A DNA stretch of 63,481 bases, filler included, from Choristocarpus tenellus KU-1152 (taxonomy: Eukaryota > Protista > Phaeophyceae), in the NCBI GenBank assembly GCA_964200185.2. It is 12 parts of 12 records of this genome, joined end to end, with 100 filler letters (N's around TTAATTAATTAA, not from the genome) between each part and the next. Parts side by side here need not be neighbours in the genome. Positions count along the whole stretch, not along the records: positions 35,171 to 37,728 come from CAXNAD020026798.1; positions 37,829 to 43,979 come from CAXNAD020008817.1; positions 44,080 to 53,580 come from CAXNAD020003625.1; 9 more parts are not named here. One strand, 5' to 3'. How positions within the stretch are numbered: the first letter of the stretch is position 1; every line of letters starts with the position of its first letter. Positions 35,171-47,033 of this stretch are shown here, piece by piece. The position numbers and the translations under genes were made by a program. The notes beneath the pieces were generated by a model. It saw only the letters and a program-made list of their open reading frames with translations, ran no database searches and was not told the origin of the DNA.

Positions 35171-37728
35171 TTGGTCCGACGGGTCTCTTCAAACTCAAAC
35201 ATCGTACGCCCGGCTTCGAATTCAATTCACTCCTAGACCTTCTCACTGCCCAAGACCGCCTGTTGCCCGAAAACACCATGACAGTTGCTCCCATAGCAAG
35301 GGAGTGGCTATTGTTGCCTGCACTGCCCCCTGCGTTGCCCCCTCATCAGCCCGCCAACAATGATGCGCTGGAGCTTTCTACCAATGACGCTTCAGCGACC
35401 GGCGCCAAGCTTCGCCGAGAATGCGCTCAACCTATCCCAGTCAATGAACAGGGTGACTGCTGCAAGCGCTTAGTCTGTGTGAAGAAGTTCGCGGCAGATA
35501 GCGAGTCCTTCCTTGCCCGCACATTGGCCAAAGAGCAGGACATCATCTGGGCGTGTGAGAACCGCCGCAATCGCAAGCGCTTCGTTGGTGACCGCGTACC
35601 TGTCATTAAGTTGGGGCCTGGAGGCGGATCTATGTTCACGGCCGGCATTCCTGTTTGTACACAGTTTTTCAAGGCATCATTCGGAATATCCAATCATGTC
35701 ATCAACGCTTGCAAAGGTACACCTAACGCAAGAGCATCCTCCAGCGTGGAGAGGTGGGTTTGATGTATGTACACAGTGTTATTTGTACCCGGTATATATT
35801 TTCGCCTGCTTGATGATTGAACAGTAGTCCTATCTCAAAACAACGTAATCTGACCGTACTCGCCACATTCAGTTTGCAGTTACCACGCCTAGATGTCTGA
35901 TGTACAAAGTTAGAGATCCCTCTAGGTGGATGTGTTACATATATGTGTATGTATATGTGTAATATGTTTATTTATGCTTGAACAATATCATCTCATCCAG
36001 CCGTCCTTGCGCTGCTGCTCCAGTTACCACGCGTAAATACCTACAGAATAAGAGATCGCTGCCAGCCTACGATTCCTCTCCATCCCCCGTCCCTTATATC
36101 CACCTCCAACACACTTCCCATCCATATATATATATATATACGTGCGCTATTACAACAGGCAGGGCACGAACAAAGAGAAGGACATGGCTCCGAAGCGAGA
36201 CCTGGTGATGTCCTGGATAGACTACTGGGCGGATACGTACGGGCAGTTCATGCCTCACAAGACCGCAATTGTGATCTACGCCGCGAACAAAGAGGTAGGT
36301 TTTGCCCTTGGTTATGGAGATGTTGGCTGCACCCTGCGTTGGAGTTAGTTGCAAACCGTGTGACCCAGCAGTACGTAGAAGAAGTGAATCGAAGGAGTAT
36401 TTCAAGTGGTGGGTAGTTATTACTTTGACCAGTCTGAGATTATGGTTAAAAAAAAAAGTGAAGCTTCGTATGAAGTACTATTTTTTTTCTTTGTAATGTC
36501 GAGACTACAATGATGATGATGATACTCTTCGTCGCTTTTACGGAGAAAGGCACAGTAACTGTTATTTCACCGCTGTGTACACCTACTCTGCGGCCCCTGG
36601 CCCAGTCTGACCTTGGTAGTAAAAGTGCGTACTTCGTATGTCTCAAGGACTTCGCGATGATGATGATGATGATGGTAGATTCACCTCCTTTACGTTTCTG
36701 CAAACGGCAGCGAGATCCGAAGAGAATGGCGCTCGTGGCAGATTTACGAAGATAATTCTATTTGCTCTTTCATTACGCACGATGTAAGCTTGCTTGATCC
36801 TGTCTTCCGTGCTGTCAGTTAAGTTATTGGTCATCCCGCCTTCGAGAGATCATGCAGCGGCGTTCTTCGAGTGTTCCTTCTCAATAATTCCTCACTTGTT
36901 CACACAAACAACATTATTAATTAGGAGCTATACAAGGATTTTTGCAAAGAGGCAATACGGGTGTATCCTGACGGCACTTCCAAGCGGGTAAGCAAGGCGC
37001 ACTTCCTCCGATTGCTCAGAGAGGACAGGCCCAACATCAGGGTGAGGGTAGGAGGCGAATTTATGAAATGTGACATATGTGTCACGTTAAAAGAGAAGCG
37101 GCATGGTGCGCCTGATGCAAAACCAACGAACGACTCCACCGTCCTCGAGTCCATGAACAAGGAGCTGTCAGACCATTGAAAGGTAGGTGTCCAATTTTGC
37201 GGCAATCATACAGTAGCAACATGTTGCAGTCATTGGCCTCCATTGAGAACAACATTTGTTGCCTTTTGCGAACGAAGACTCCGATGCAGATCCTTATGGC
37301 AGTAGCAGCAGCCTCACTCACCGCAAAAATGTTGTTATTACCTGCCCAAACACCTTGTATGATAGACTGCTTCCTGGTCGTCTACAACGGGCTGTGGGAG
37401 GGACATGTCATGTAGCGGTCTTCCGGCCCCGTATGTACGTACTTGCTCCCATGCCGATAATACTATGTTTGCCTTGAATGCAGCTGTAAAAAATAGGAGC
37501 AAAGATAACCATTTATTGTTACCTACAATCGATTTTTGTCACGTACCTGGTACGTGTTAACAAGTGGCCATTTTTTTACACCTCTAAAAAGATTTATTTG
37601 ATTTATAGACGTGATGTTGCTCTCCCCCGTTCGCCAGATTATCCAAGCGGATCGGCTGGTCATCGCCAACAACACCAGCAGCGCCATGCGGGCCAAAGCC
37701 GACGGTAAAACTCTCGGCTTCGTGTTCA
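35171..37728 (+). mobile_element. Intron-containing Sola/DUF7869-like transposase gene, N-terminal half, copy 1 (premature stop)
   Basis: Exons 35278-35753, 36159-36294, 36925-37182, 37638-37728 in phase. Motifs CCKRLVC, VCTQFFKASFGIS, SWIDYWADTYGQFMPH, SKAHFLRLL, FMKCDICVTLK, H.K|IIQADR. TGA at 37177-37179; the contig ends before the catalytic acidic triad. Confidence 0.65.
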
Positions 37729-38167
37729 NNNNNNNNNNNNNNNNNNNNNNNNNNNNNNNNNNNNNNNNNNNNTTAATTAATTAANNNNNNNNNNNNNNNN
37801 NNNNNNNNNNNNNNNNNNNNNNNNNNNNGTTACTTGGATTGGCACAAAGCAGGAACCAGCCGCCGTAACTCCTCTGTAAATGACACCTTCCATGCCAAAA
37901 ATTTCAGTTCTATATAACCATATCCCTAACCCTGCCCCCCCCCCCCAACAAGAAAAAAAGGCAACAGCAAATACGCACACGAGTCATTTAAGGCTTTGGT
38001 CAGAATCCCTCGCCTAACATAACAGCCCCTTCCAAATAGTTCATTCAGCGTCTGCAAGCGGCGGCGGCGGCCCAGGCAGTCCGCGAATGCATCGACTCTT
38101 TAATGATGAGATAGAGCCAGCTCAGTCAATTCTTTAATGCACAAAATAGAGCCAGTTCAGTCGATAC

Positions 38168-38493
38168 CTGCGACCCTGTTCATTGTGGGGCATCCTGAAG
38201 GCCATCCCAAAGTCAATGACAAATGGGGTGTCCCTGGCTGAAGAGACCAGGATGTTTTCCATCGAAATGTCTGCATTGCAAAGATGCTTGCTGTGTGTGT
38301 ACTGACAGCAAGAGCAGCAGCAAACAAGCAGCGCATTAGGGGGAAGGGGGCAGGGGAACAGGACATGAATGCATCGACCGCGAGGGTTACTCTCCGGGTG
38401 ACGGCTGCTTCTAAACACCTCATGCAGCACATCCTAGGTGGGATGTAACGGATGAAAATAAGTAAATGTAGCCAAATACGAAAGAGAGTGTGT

Positions 38494-38538
<45 letters not shown>

Positions 38539-39835
38539 ATAAACAATAAAAATAAATATTCCTGGAGTACTGTTGGTAATACTACGTGCTAGTAATACTT
38601 TTTTTTTTAATTTTAGTTCAATACTTGTAACTAATGAAACTCTTCAGAATCCGAGACAGAGAACTCACTCGTCGTGTGATGTGGATGACAGACCCTCAAG
38701 GTAGAAAAAAAGAAAGCAAAACATGAAAATGTATACACACAAATCTCTATGTATATATATATATGTATCATTTTTTAAACTTTAAAATCCTCATGATTTG
38801 GAACCCCGGGCACAAAAGAACTGATACATAAAACATATATTTTTCAATCTTATACAAAAAAATATGTATTTTTTTTTTTGTCCTTTTTTTTGTCGCAACA
38901 TTTTAAAGTGCGTCCAAAACCATCAGTACTTTGAGGGGAAGGCTAGAGCAGGGATAGGGCTCAGAAAGCAAAATGGAGCAAAGAAATGTTCAAAAATTTC
39001 AAAAGTAATTTTCTGTAGTAATTTTATGTACGGGAGGCGGAAGAGGGGGACCAGAAACTTTCTCAAGCACGCGTTTTTCAGTCCGTGAGAACCATCTGCA
39101 TGTTCAGAGGAGCAACATCTAGACAAATTGCACCCCCCCTTACGCTAGCAATTGCCCTTCGCTGCTGTGCCCTTGAATAAGCACACCTTCACATGAACAA
39201 ACCTACTAACCCACAGAGCATGCTGCACACCTGAAAAACCTAGATATGCACATACATACATATACATATACCTAGACAACTTCATCAATAGTCAGCACAA
39301 CATCACGCTTGTGTGTGTGTGTCTATTATTTCTCCTTGCACCTGTATGGCCTCAACCATTTGGCGAAACAAGAAACGGGCGTGGTCATTGGGCAACCCTC
39401 CATCCATTGCTATCCACTTGAACATCTCCCCCCCGTCCACAAAGGGGGTAATGAGGTACACCGTTTCACCTGGGAAAGCATCGGGTACAATAGGGGCGGG
39501 AGCTTTGTCCATGGCTGCTCTATGCTTTGTCAAGGAAGGGCGGGCTCAGTGCAGAAACGATCGTCTTGATGAAACAGAAGGTCAAATACCACGCCCATAC
39601 ATCAATCACCACTCCAATAAGATTGCCATCAACACGCGTATGTTTCAACACCTTGTTCCAAAAACGTTCCAAAATTAAAGTATGTTTCAACACCTTGTTC
39701 CAAAAACGTTCCAAAATTAAAGTATGTTTCAACACCTTGTTCCAAAAACGTTCCAAAATTAAAGAATTGCGCCGTTTTCGTCCGCAGCGAGTGTCTGAAG
39801 CGAGATACTTCACGTTACCGTTCGGCGAAAAATAA

Positions 39836-39873
<38 letters not shown>

Positions 39874-42800
39874 CTTCTTGCAAGAAAAAAAGAACAACCC
39901 TCGGATGTGTCGCTGTAGAGGTACGCGTGTGTGTGAGGGGCCGGCTGCAGAGCATTTTTTTTTTTGTCGGAGTGTCTTGCGTGTCGCTGCCGCCGGGAAT
40001 GTTCCAGAAAAAGATGGATCGAAGTCACGTCGAGTCCACCTGTAAAAAAAATGCACCTTCTTGCAGCAACCTTGGAAAATAAAAAAATACTCTAAACAAA
40101 AACTAGGACGTGTTTGATCTTGTGCGATGAGAATTGTCGTGGAACAACGGACTGGGACAGAATTTTTTGCATTTGCATCGGAGAGGCTTTTTTTTTTATT
40201 AAGTCAAGGTACACCGGGGTTCGCCACTCAGGGCCCGTCCTTCTTCTTTTTCTTTTTGTCCTTGATAAAAATCGAGAGTGTCCCCTTCACCCGACAGCCC
40301 TGCCCGCATTTGCAACAACTACGACACCAACAACGAAAAAGTGATTTGACCTATCGATGGATTGATCGTTTGATCAGAGGTGCTTACGCTGGTGTCTTGC
40401 GTAGAGCTGGACTTGAGACCAGGGACAACACAAAAGGGGGAGAGCAGAAAAGGGAGAACAAAATAAATAACAATAGAATGTGAGCGCCGCACTTGGTGGA
40501 GAGAGCATTTTGGAGAGAGTCTCTTGTATCGAAAATTTATGGGCAATAGAAGGCAGTAGTACTGCATTTGATGTAGTAGTCCTCTCAATGAACTGGCGAT
40601 AGTAGAGAGGAAAATAAAAAATCAACATCAGTACCACCTTTCAATGCAATCGCTATCTCGGTGCTAGGTACTTAGAGACGAAAAAAAAGCTTGAGGATCG
40701 ACGGTAATCTATCCCTGTTGTAAAAACCTTACCTTCACTGGCAGAATTCTGGTTTGTTGGGACTTGTGGTATTATCCCTCTTTCTAGCATTTGTATAGTA
40801 TAATAAATCCTGACAGAATCAGCCCTCAGATGGTACAGTGGATGCATTCACAAGAGTAAGGTCACCCCCCTCCCCCCCTCCCCACTGTCTTTAAAATGCA
40901 AGGTACAGCAGTACCGGTAGTAGTACCCATATTCCACATGCCTTCTCTGGCGATAAGAATTCCCTCTATCTGTCTTTCTTGTCAGAACCAATGACCTACC
41001 TGTTCCCACCTCCTATCCAAAAGTTAGCCTCAGTCCCTCTGCTGCTATTTACTGTGAATGCCACATGCAGAGCCATTCCAATCAAACCAAAAGTAGGAAA
41101 ACAACCTATTTTTGACACTTTCCAAAAAGGTAGTTGCTGACGTCGATTGTGCCTCCCTATTCCGTCTGTAGCTGTTCTCTCTTCTATGTCAGTACATTTT
41201 TCAGGGTCAAAGGACTACAGCTGTAAGGAAAAAAAAAGAAAGACAAAAGCAGGGCCCCATGAGTGTTGTACTTCTGTGGGGTCTATGCACCACACTGACA
41301 CAAGGCTCTGGCAAACATGGCAAAGAGGGAGAGGAGAAATGCTTGACACAACCAGTATCCATAGAGTAAGCATAGCTTTGGAAAACAGACTTCCTATAAT
41401 GAGTACAGCCTACATATCAAAGCTAGACCAGACGATGATATCTTGAACGTCCTCAATACTGTACAATAGCTGTAGGACTGACCGTCATCGAGGGCCTCCA
41501 CCTTGGGTAGGATGTTGCGATGCCCCGGGTCCTCCAGTATCTCTAATGCTGCGATTTCCTTTAATGGATTCTGGGGGAAGGATATTCATAGTCACCCAAG
41601 GAGGGAGGGAGGTATGGTTGAGGTGGCCAATATGACTCAAAATTGGTCAGCTTTTATGGTGAGCATCTTTCTTTGTGTATGAGCCTATCTCATGGCAAAA
41701 GTCACTTGTGATCGTCAAAATACTCCAACAATGAGGTCCTACTATCGGGGGTGTTCAGGTCCATTTCTGTGCCTGAAGGAGACAAGTATGTAGGGAAGGA
41801 GGATGGACCACATGGTGGTGGTGCATAATAATGGTGTTCTGTGGCTTCATTGATCACTTCTTCTCATTGACCGCAAGGTTGTGTATCATGATGCAATATG
41901 GAGATGACATTTTATCAGATGTTTTGAAGGTCAACAGACAGGAAACAAGTGCATTTCAAAAGGTCAAAAGACATCAGAGAGTCGGTCGCCCGGACAAATT
42001 CAGAGGTGGACACACAATGATGGCTATGACAACAGCCTTAGTAAGCAGAAGTCAGTAGCCTATCACCAACAGCATACTTGCTGGGAAAAGCATTAAGGGG
42101 TGATGTTGGTTATACAGAGAGGAAGGTGACTCGCTCGCTCAGACGTGGATCATGACGGGAAAAAGTAAGGAACACATATCAAAAAATAAATCATCGGTCA
42201 CCGAACACGAAAGTGCACATGCATACTTTCGAAGTACATTACACTGGATATCGTACAAGTCAGTGGTAGAGCAAGGGTATACAGCACGTCCCGCTGCAAA
42301 AAACAAAATATATGACGTCATATTTTCAACACACACTCAGTTGATGACACATTATCCCACCACCTCAAACATGATGTCCTTCAGCTCGTTGATTTTTTCC
42401 CATAACATACGTTTCACAGCCAACCGCTTCTCTCTCCCGTTCGCGTCAAGCGCAAGGATGTAGGAGTCTATCGTACTATCAACCATTGTGACCTGTGTCA
42501 TGGCAAGGTAACGGTACAGAGAGCCAAAGTGATGGAGGGAACATTGAACCATGTGTGTGATTAGGGACCACATTCGCTTCGTTATACTGACTTAGTACTT
42601 TGGAGCTTGCCCTTGGGCACGGTCGCGTTGAAGAATGTATATTGGGTCGACCTACACCGTGACGCCTACTACGTTCATCCTTGAACCAAAATTTCTGGCA
42701 ACCTAGCCCACTGTTTCAATATTGAAGAGGTATGCAACATTTATCCAGACAATATGTGAGTATGGTGAGTGTTGATGTAGATACATACATATTGGAACTT

Positions 42801-43020
42801 GCTTGTTATTCGGCCTTATTTTAAGATTACGTGAACAGCATTGACGTGGAAATGAATTACTCACCTCGAGGGCTTCCCATACTGTCCCGTATATGGCTTT
42901 CTCCGCTAACTGACGCAAGAAGCAGTATGTCTTACCACTAATTGCGTAGTGGGCATAGGTGAGCACAATCAGTGCGACAGGATGGACATGTGTGAAGGTT
43001 GGTGTGAGAGCGACAGACAT
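38168..43020 (-). CDS. Atypical Ser/Thr protein kinase, subdomains I-VII (3' part not found)
   Basis: Exons 43020-42865, 42492-42364, 41570-41483, 39469-39342, 38301-38168, GT-AG and in phase. AIYGTV, LAVK, NPLKEIAAL, GHRNIL, VYLITPFVDGGEMF, NADISMENIL, IDFGMA. Confidence 0.88.
39638..39763. repeat. Perfect 42-bp tandem repeat x3 in a kinase intron
   Basis: gtatgtttcaacaccttgttccaaaaacgttccaaaattaaa three times. Confidence 0.95.
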
Positions 43021-44304
43021 ATTTACTCGTTGACTTTACACTGCCAACAATGGTCAAGTCAACTAGACGAACCAAAACATGCTTTACAATTGGGTCCAGA
43101 ACAGCAGTTAGTTTCATACCTATAGTACTGTGACGAGGGACCTATTGTCGTGACACAGTATCATTTGATGGAACTCTTCGAAGAATATGTAGTCCTCCAG
43201 TCTCATGTCAGCAAGTACGGTATTGAGGGATTTTGCTGCCATGCTTGCAACACAATCGATCGATTCCTACCAAAGCGGAGACTTCGACAGGTCACCTCTG
43301 TTCCGACCAAACCAGATCAACGGATTTTTGTATTCCTCCATCGTATAGAATCCCTCTCCTTAGCTCCCCACGGGAGGGTGTTGCGACAGGGAGAGGAAGG
43401 GCGTTTCGTGGTGGAAGAAGGGGGGGTCTGGGACAGCAACCATTGGACAAAATGATGGGCGTGATATCGGATTGGTGGCGTATAGCAATAGAAAGTTATC
43501 CTTGTCCAGTTAAATTCAGTCATGTTCAACGTAAAGGATCATTCTACTTTTGAACAGATCAGCGACTATCAAGCCCCCTTCATCACCAGATCACAACACT
43601 GACGCCGTAGGCAACCTACCCTGCGATGTTGTCGACCATCTCTCTTGCTTGGATTCGAGGTCCAGGTAGGTTTTGGTTGTGGTCTGAACATAGCGGTACA
43701 ATAACACAATCCTCCTAATCCATGCAGCCTCCAACTCGCCTCTTCCTGGTATCTAGCGTGTGTTTTGGCTCTATCTGTCTCGTACGTCAAGACCTATATT
43801 ATAACTCCAATTTTGTCAAATGTTGTGCGCTTAGTCTTGGAAGAGCCACTCTCTTGGAACCAATCATAAAATTCTGGAGATCTACACATTTACATCTGTT
43901 GTTGTGTTTTATCATGTCGGACTATTTTATATATTATTATTATGCCCTCTGACATTTTGCAGATGTGTCAGGGGAAAACNNNNNNNNNNNNNNNNNNNNN
44001 NNNNNNNNNNNNNNNNNNNNNNNTTAATTAATTAANNNNNNNNNNNNNNNNNNNNNNNNNNNNNNNNNNNNNNNNNNNNATTTCTGTATTGATTTGTTTT
44101 TTTTTGGTTTTTTTTATCATTATTTTGTTGTTTTCGCCGGGTTTTGCCTCTTTTTTTTTTTTTTTATTGAGAAATTGCTGGTGGAAATTTATCTTTTGAA
44201 AGGTGTGGACGCAAGGACCGTACGTACGGCACGTTCTTAATTTTAATTTTAATGTTTTGTGTAGTGAGGATGAGAAGGCATTTGTTCGAAAAAAAAAAAT
44301 ATAA

Positions 44305-44335
<31 letters not shown>

Positions 44336-44509
44336 ATAAAAAGAATATAAAAGTCAACATTTCTTTTTTCTCGTCTCTCGTCAGGAATTAAATAAATAAT
44401 AATAAACCAAACCACCGGAACGGCATTAAGGAATAATAAGAAATAGTTTGGGTAAGTTTGTGGTTTGATTGAGAACTGTGACAGGTCGGTGTATGACAAG
44501 TGCACTTGT

Positions 44510-44560
44510 CAGGATTGACAGGATTGACAGGATTGACAGGATTGACAGGATTGACAGGAT
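44510..44560. repeat. 9-bp tandem repeat (caggattga) x5-6
   Basis: Direct reading. Confidence 0.95.
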
Positions 44561-44709
44561 ATATATAAGGTGTTTTGTTCTCTCTGCCGTACCTGGTCAT
44601 TGGTGGGATTGTATGCTGTGATTGATTTCTGGGGTGAAGTCTGCGTCTGAAGAAGAGGTGATGGGCAACTTGAGCTCATTACTAACTGGTCTGATTGTGC
44701 ACAGAGCCT

Positions 44710-45086
44710 TACTGTCTTGATACTGTCTTGATGCTATCTTGATACTCTCTCAATACTGTCTTGATACTGTCTTGATACTGTCTTGGTTGATACTATCTTG
44801 ATACTCTCTTGATACTGTCTCAATAATATCTTGATACTCTCTCAATACTATCTTGATACTATCTTGATACTGTCTTGATACTGTCTCGATACTGTATTGA
44901 TACTGTCTTGATAATATCTCGATACTGTATTTGATACTGTATCGATAACATCTCGATACGGTTGTGATACTGTATTGATCATATCTCGATATGGTCTTGA
45001 TACTGTATCGATAATGTCTTGATACGGTCTCAATACGGTCTCAATACGGTCTCAATACTATCTTGATACTATCTTGATACTGTCTC
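44710..45086. repeat. Degenerate 11-bp minisatellite (gatactgtctt), more than 30 units
   Basis: Direct reading; variants aatactctctc, gatactgtatc, gatacggtctc. Confidence 0.93.
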
Positions 45087-45882
45087 GTGTACGTATTGTC
45101 ACGGGACCTCAAAGACAAGAGTTAGAGTCCCCCAATGTACAATATTTTGAAATTTGAGGGACAAATTTTCTACTTGATTTTTTTTTATCGGGTTGATTTG
45201 TCCAAAACAAACAAAAAAAACATTTTTATACACTCTTTTAAAGAAATTTCCGAAATCTCAAATAATAATAATAATAATGATAATACTAAATACATCGGAA
45301 GGTGACAACGATACATGCGTGATGTTCTGTGATGTTTCTCACACGTTTTTTGCAGGTATGACCTTGTTTGTAATTTTTAGGAGACAAGAACCTCTCTTGT
45401 CCTTGGACCAGAAACTAATTTTACAGGGGGGGGGGGATCTTGAGTCATCGGCTCGTATCTTTTTTCTTTTTTCCCTCTCAGCCAGGTAATACTGTAATAA
45501 TGTAATATTGTATTATTGTAGTAATTGTGGAAGTGTCAAAGTTGCCAAGTTCTCTGCTCAAGGGGGGCAATCACGATCACCGGAGCGAATTCTTTCACCT
45601 CAGAGGGTGACACTGAGTATCAAAGGTCTTGCCCCAACATCTCAAAGTCTGTTGAGGAAATCCAGCACAAAACAAAAACCTCAAAACACAACAGACTTTC
45701 CCGAATGGCTGAGCAATGTCGCAGGAAAGAAATGGATCAGTCAAAATCGGAATGGTTCTTTGTTCTGACAGTCCATTTTTTTCTGTTTGGTCAAATCTGG
45801 ATCTTTTGGGTGTGATTGGTTTATTGGACTGGTCGGTATGGGTGAGAGTTCAAAAGGTGCGGTAGGCGCATGCAATTGTGGA

Positions 45883-45918
45883 TAACCCTAACCCTAACCC
45901 TAACCCTAACCCTAACCC
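45883..45918. repeat. Interstitial telomere-type repeat (CCCTAA)n
   Basis: About six units here; shorter or variant runs near 2640, 5900, 6622, 46615, 47164, 47484, 47740, 48403, 48551, 49529, 50683, 61123 and 61935. Confidence 0.9.
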
Positions 45919-46379
45919 TTATGCACAAGTGTGTGTGTCGGAGATACCAAAAAAGGAACCTGTCCCTGACATAATGTAATATTGTAGTAATGTAAGAATG
46001 TAATGTGTAGTAATGTAATGTGTAGTAATGTAGTAATATAGTGCACTCTTGGAAACATACTCTTGGGAAATGTACAAAATGTCCATCCTTGGACATGGTT
46101 GAGGAGTCTCAAGAGTTTTTTTTTCTTTCCAGTAGTTGCAATATATATATTATATTTATATTTTTTAAGGGAATTGTGGACACTGTTTGTAAGTGTCTTA
46201 GAAATGACTCTCTCTCTCTCTCTTCCACTCTCACTCTGTTGTGGAGACCATTCCACGCATTGAAACCAACTGATGGTATTTTTAGACTCAACGGTTGATC
46301 CTCCCCTATAAAACCAACTGATGGTATGATGATGATGGTATGGTGATCCTCCCTCACTTTTCGGATGACCCTAAAACAG

Positions 46380-46613
46380 CTGCTGGAGATGGAGAAGCTG
46401 AGGCGTGATGCAGAGGAGGAGGCAGAACGGCGATCGAGGGGGGAGGACTTGAATGCTGTCGGGGTCGGGACAGGCATCCTCCTTTCAGTTGGACAGAACA
46501 CTCCCCCACCATCACCCAAGACCCTTGCTGCCATGGACAGGAATGATGGTGGGGAAGAGGAAGTGGTGAGGGACACCATGGACAACAATACCGAGGCGAT
46601 ACCTGAAATTGAG
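46380..46613 (+). CDS. Probable isolated exon of an unknown acidic/disordered protein
   Basis: cag|LLEMEKLRRDAEEEAERRSRGED...EIE|gttagt, 234 nt, phase 0. Possible further + exons near 48143-48227 and 52650-52956. Confidence 0.45.
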
Positions 46614-46855
46614 GTTAGTGTTAGGGTTAGTGTTAGGGTTAGAGTTTGAAGGAGTGTTGGTTTGTCTTGAAGACCATGGGGGTGGGGTGGGGTGGGGAGG
46701 GGATGAGGGTGGGAATTGTGATGTGAATCTTGAATGTTTGTTAGGGTTTGATGGAGAGACAAGGGAAATATCAGCGCATTGCAACACCAGTTAATGATAC
46801 GGAAGGTACAATTCTTTGTTGATCGAGACCTCAGACAACGCAGCGCTTGCGCACG

Positions 46856-47033
46856 TCCAGATTGAACTGTTTTAGTGTTCCAATTTAATTATTTTAGTGT
46901 CCAGATTGAACTGTTTTAGTGTTCCAATTTAATTATTTTAGTGTCCCGATTGAACTGTTTTAGTGTTCCAATTCAAGTGTTTTAGTGTTCGAATTTAATT
47001 GTTTTAATGTTCCAATTCAAGTGTTTTAGTGTT
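46856..47033. repeat. Minisatellite, about 43-bp unit made of two related 21-22-bp halves
   Basis: tccagattgaactgttttagtg-ttccaatttaattattttagtg repeated about 4 times. Confidence 0.92.

Noticed and set aside
46109-46762. 217-aa - strand ORF
   Set aside because: Antisense of the probable + exon plus telomere-type repeat translation (LTLTL).
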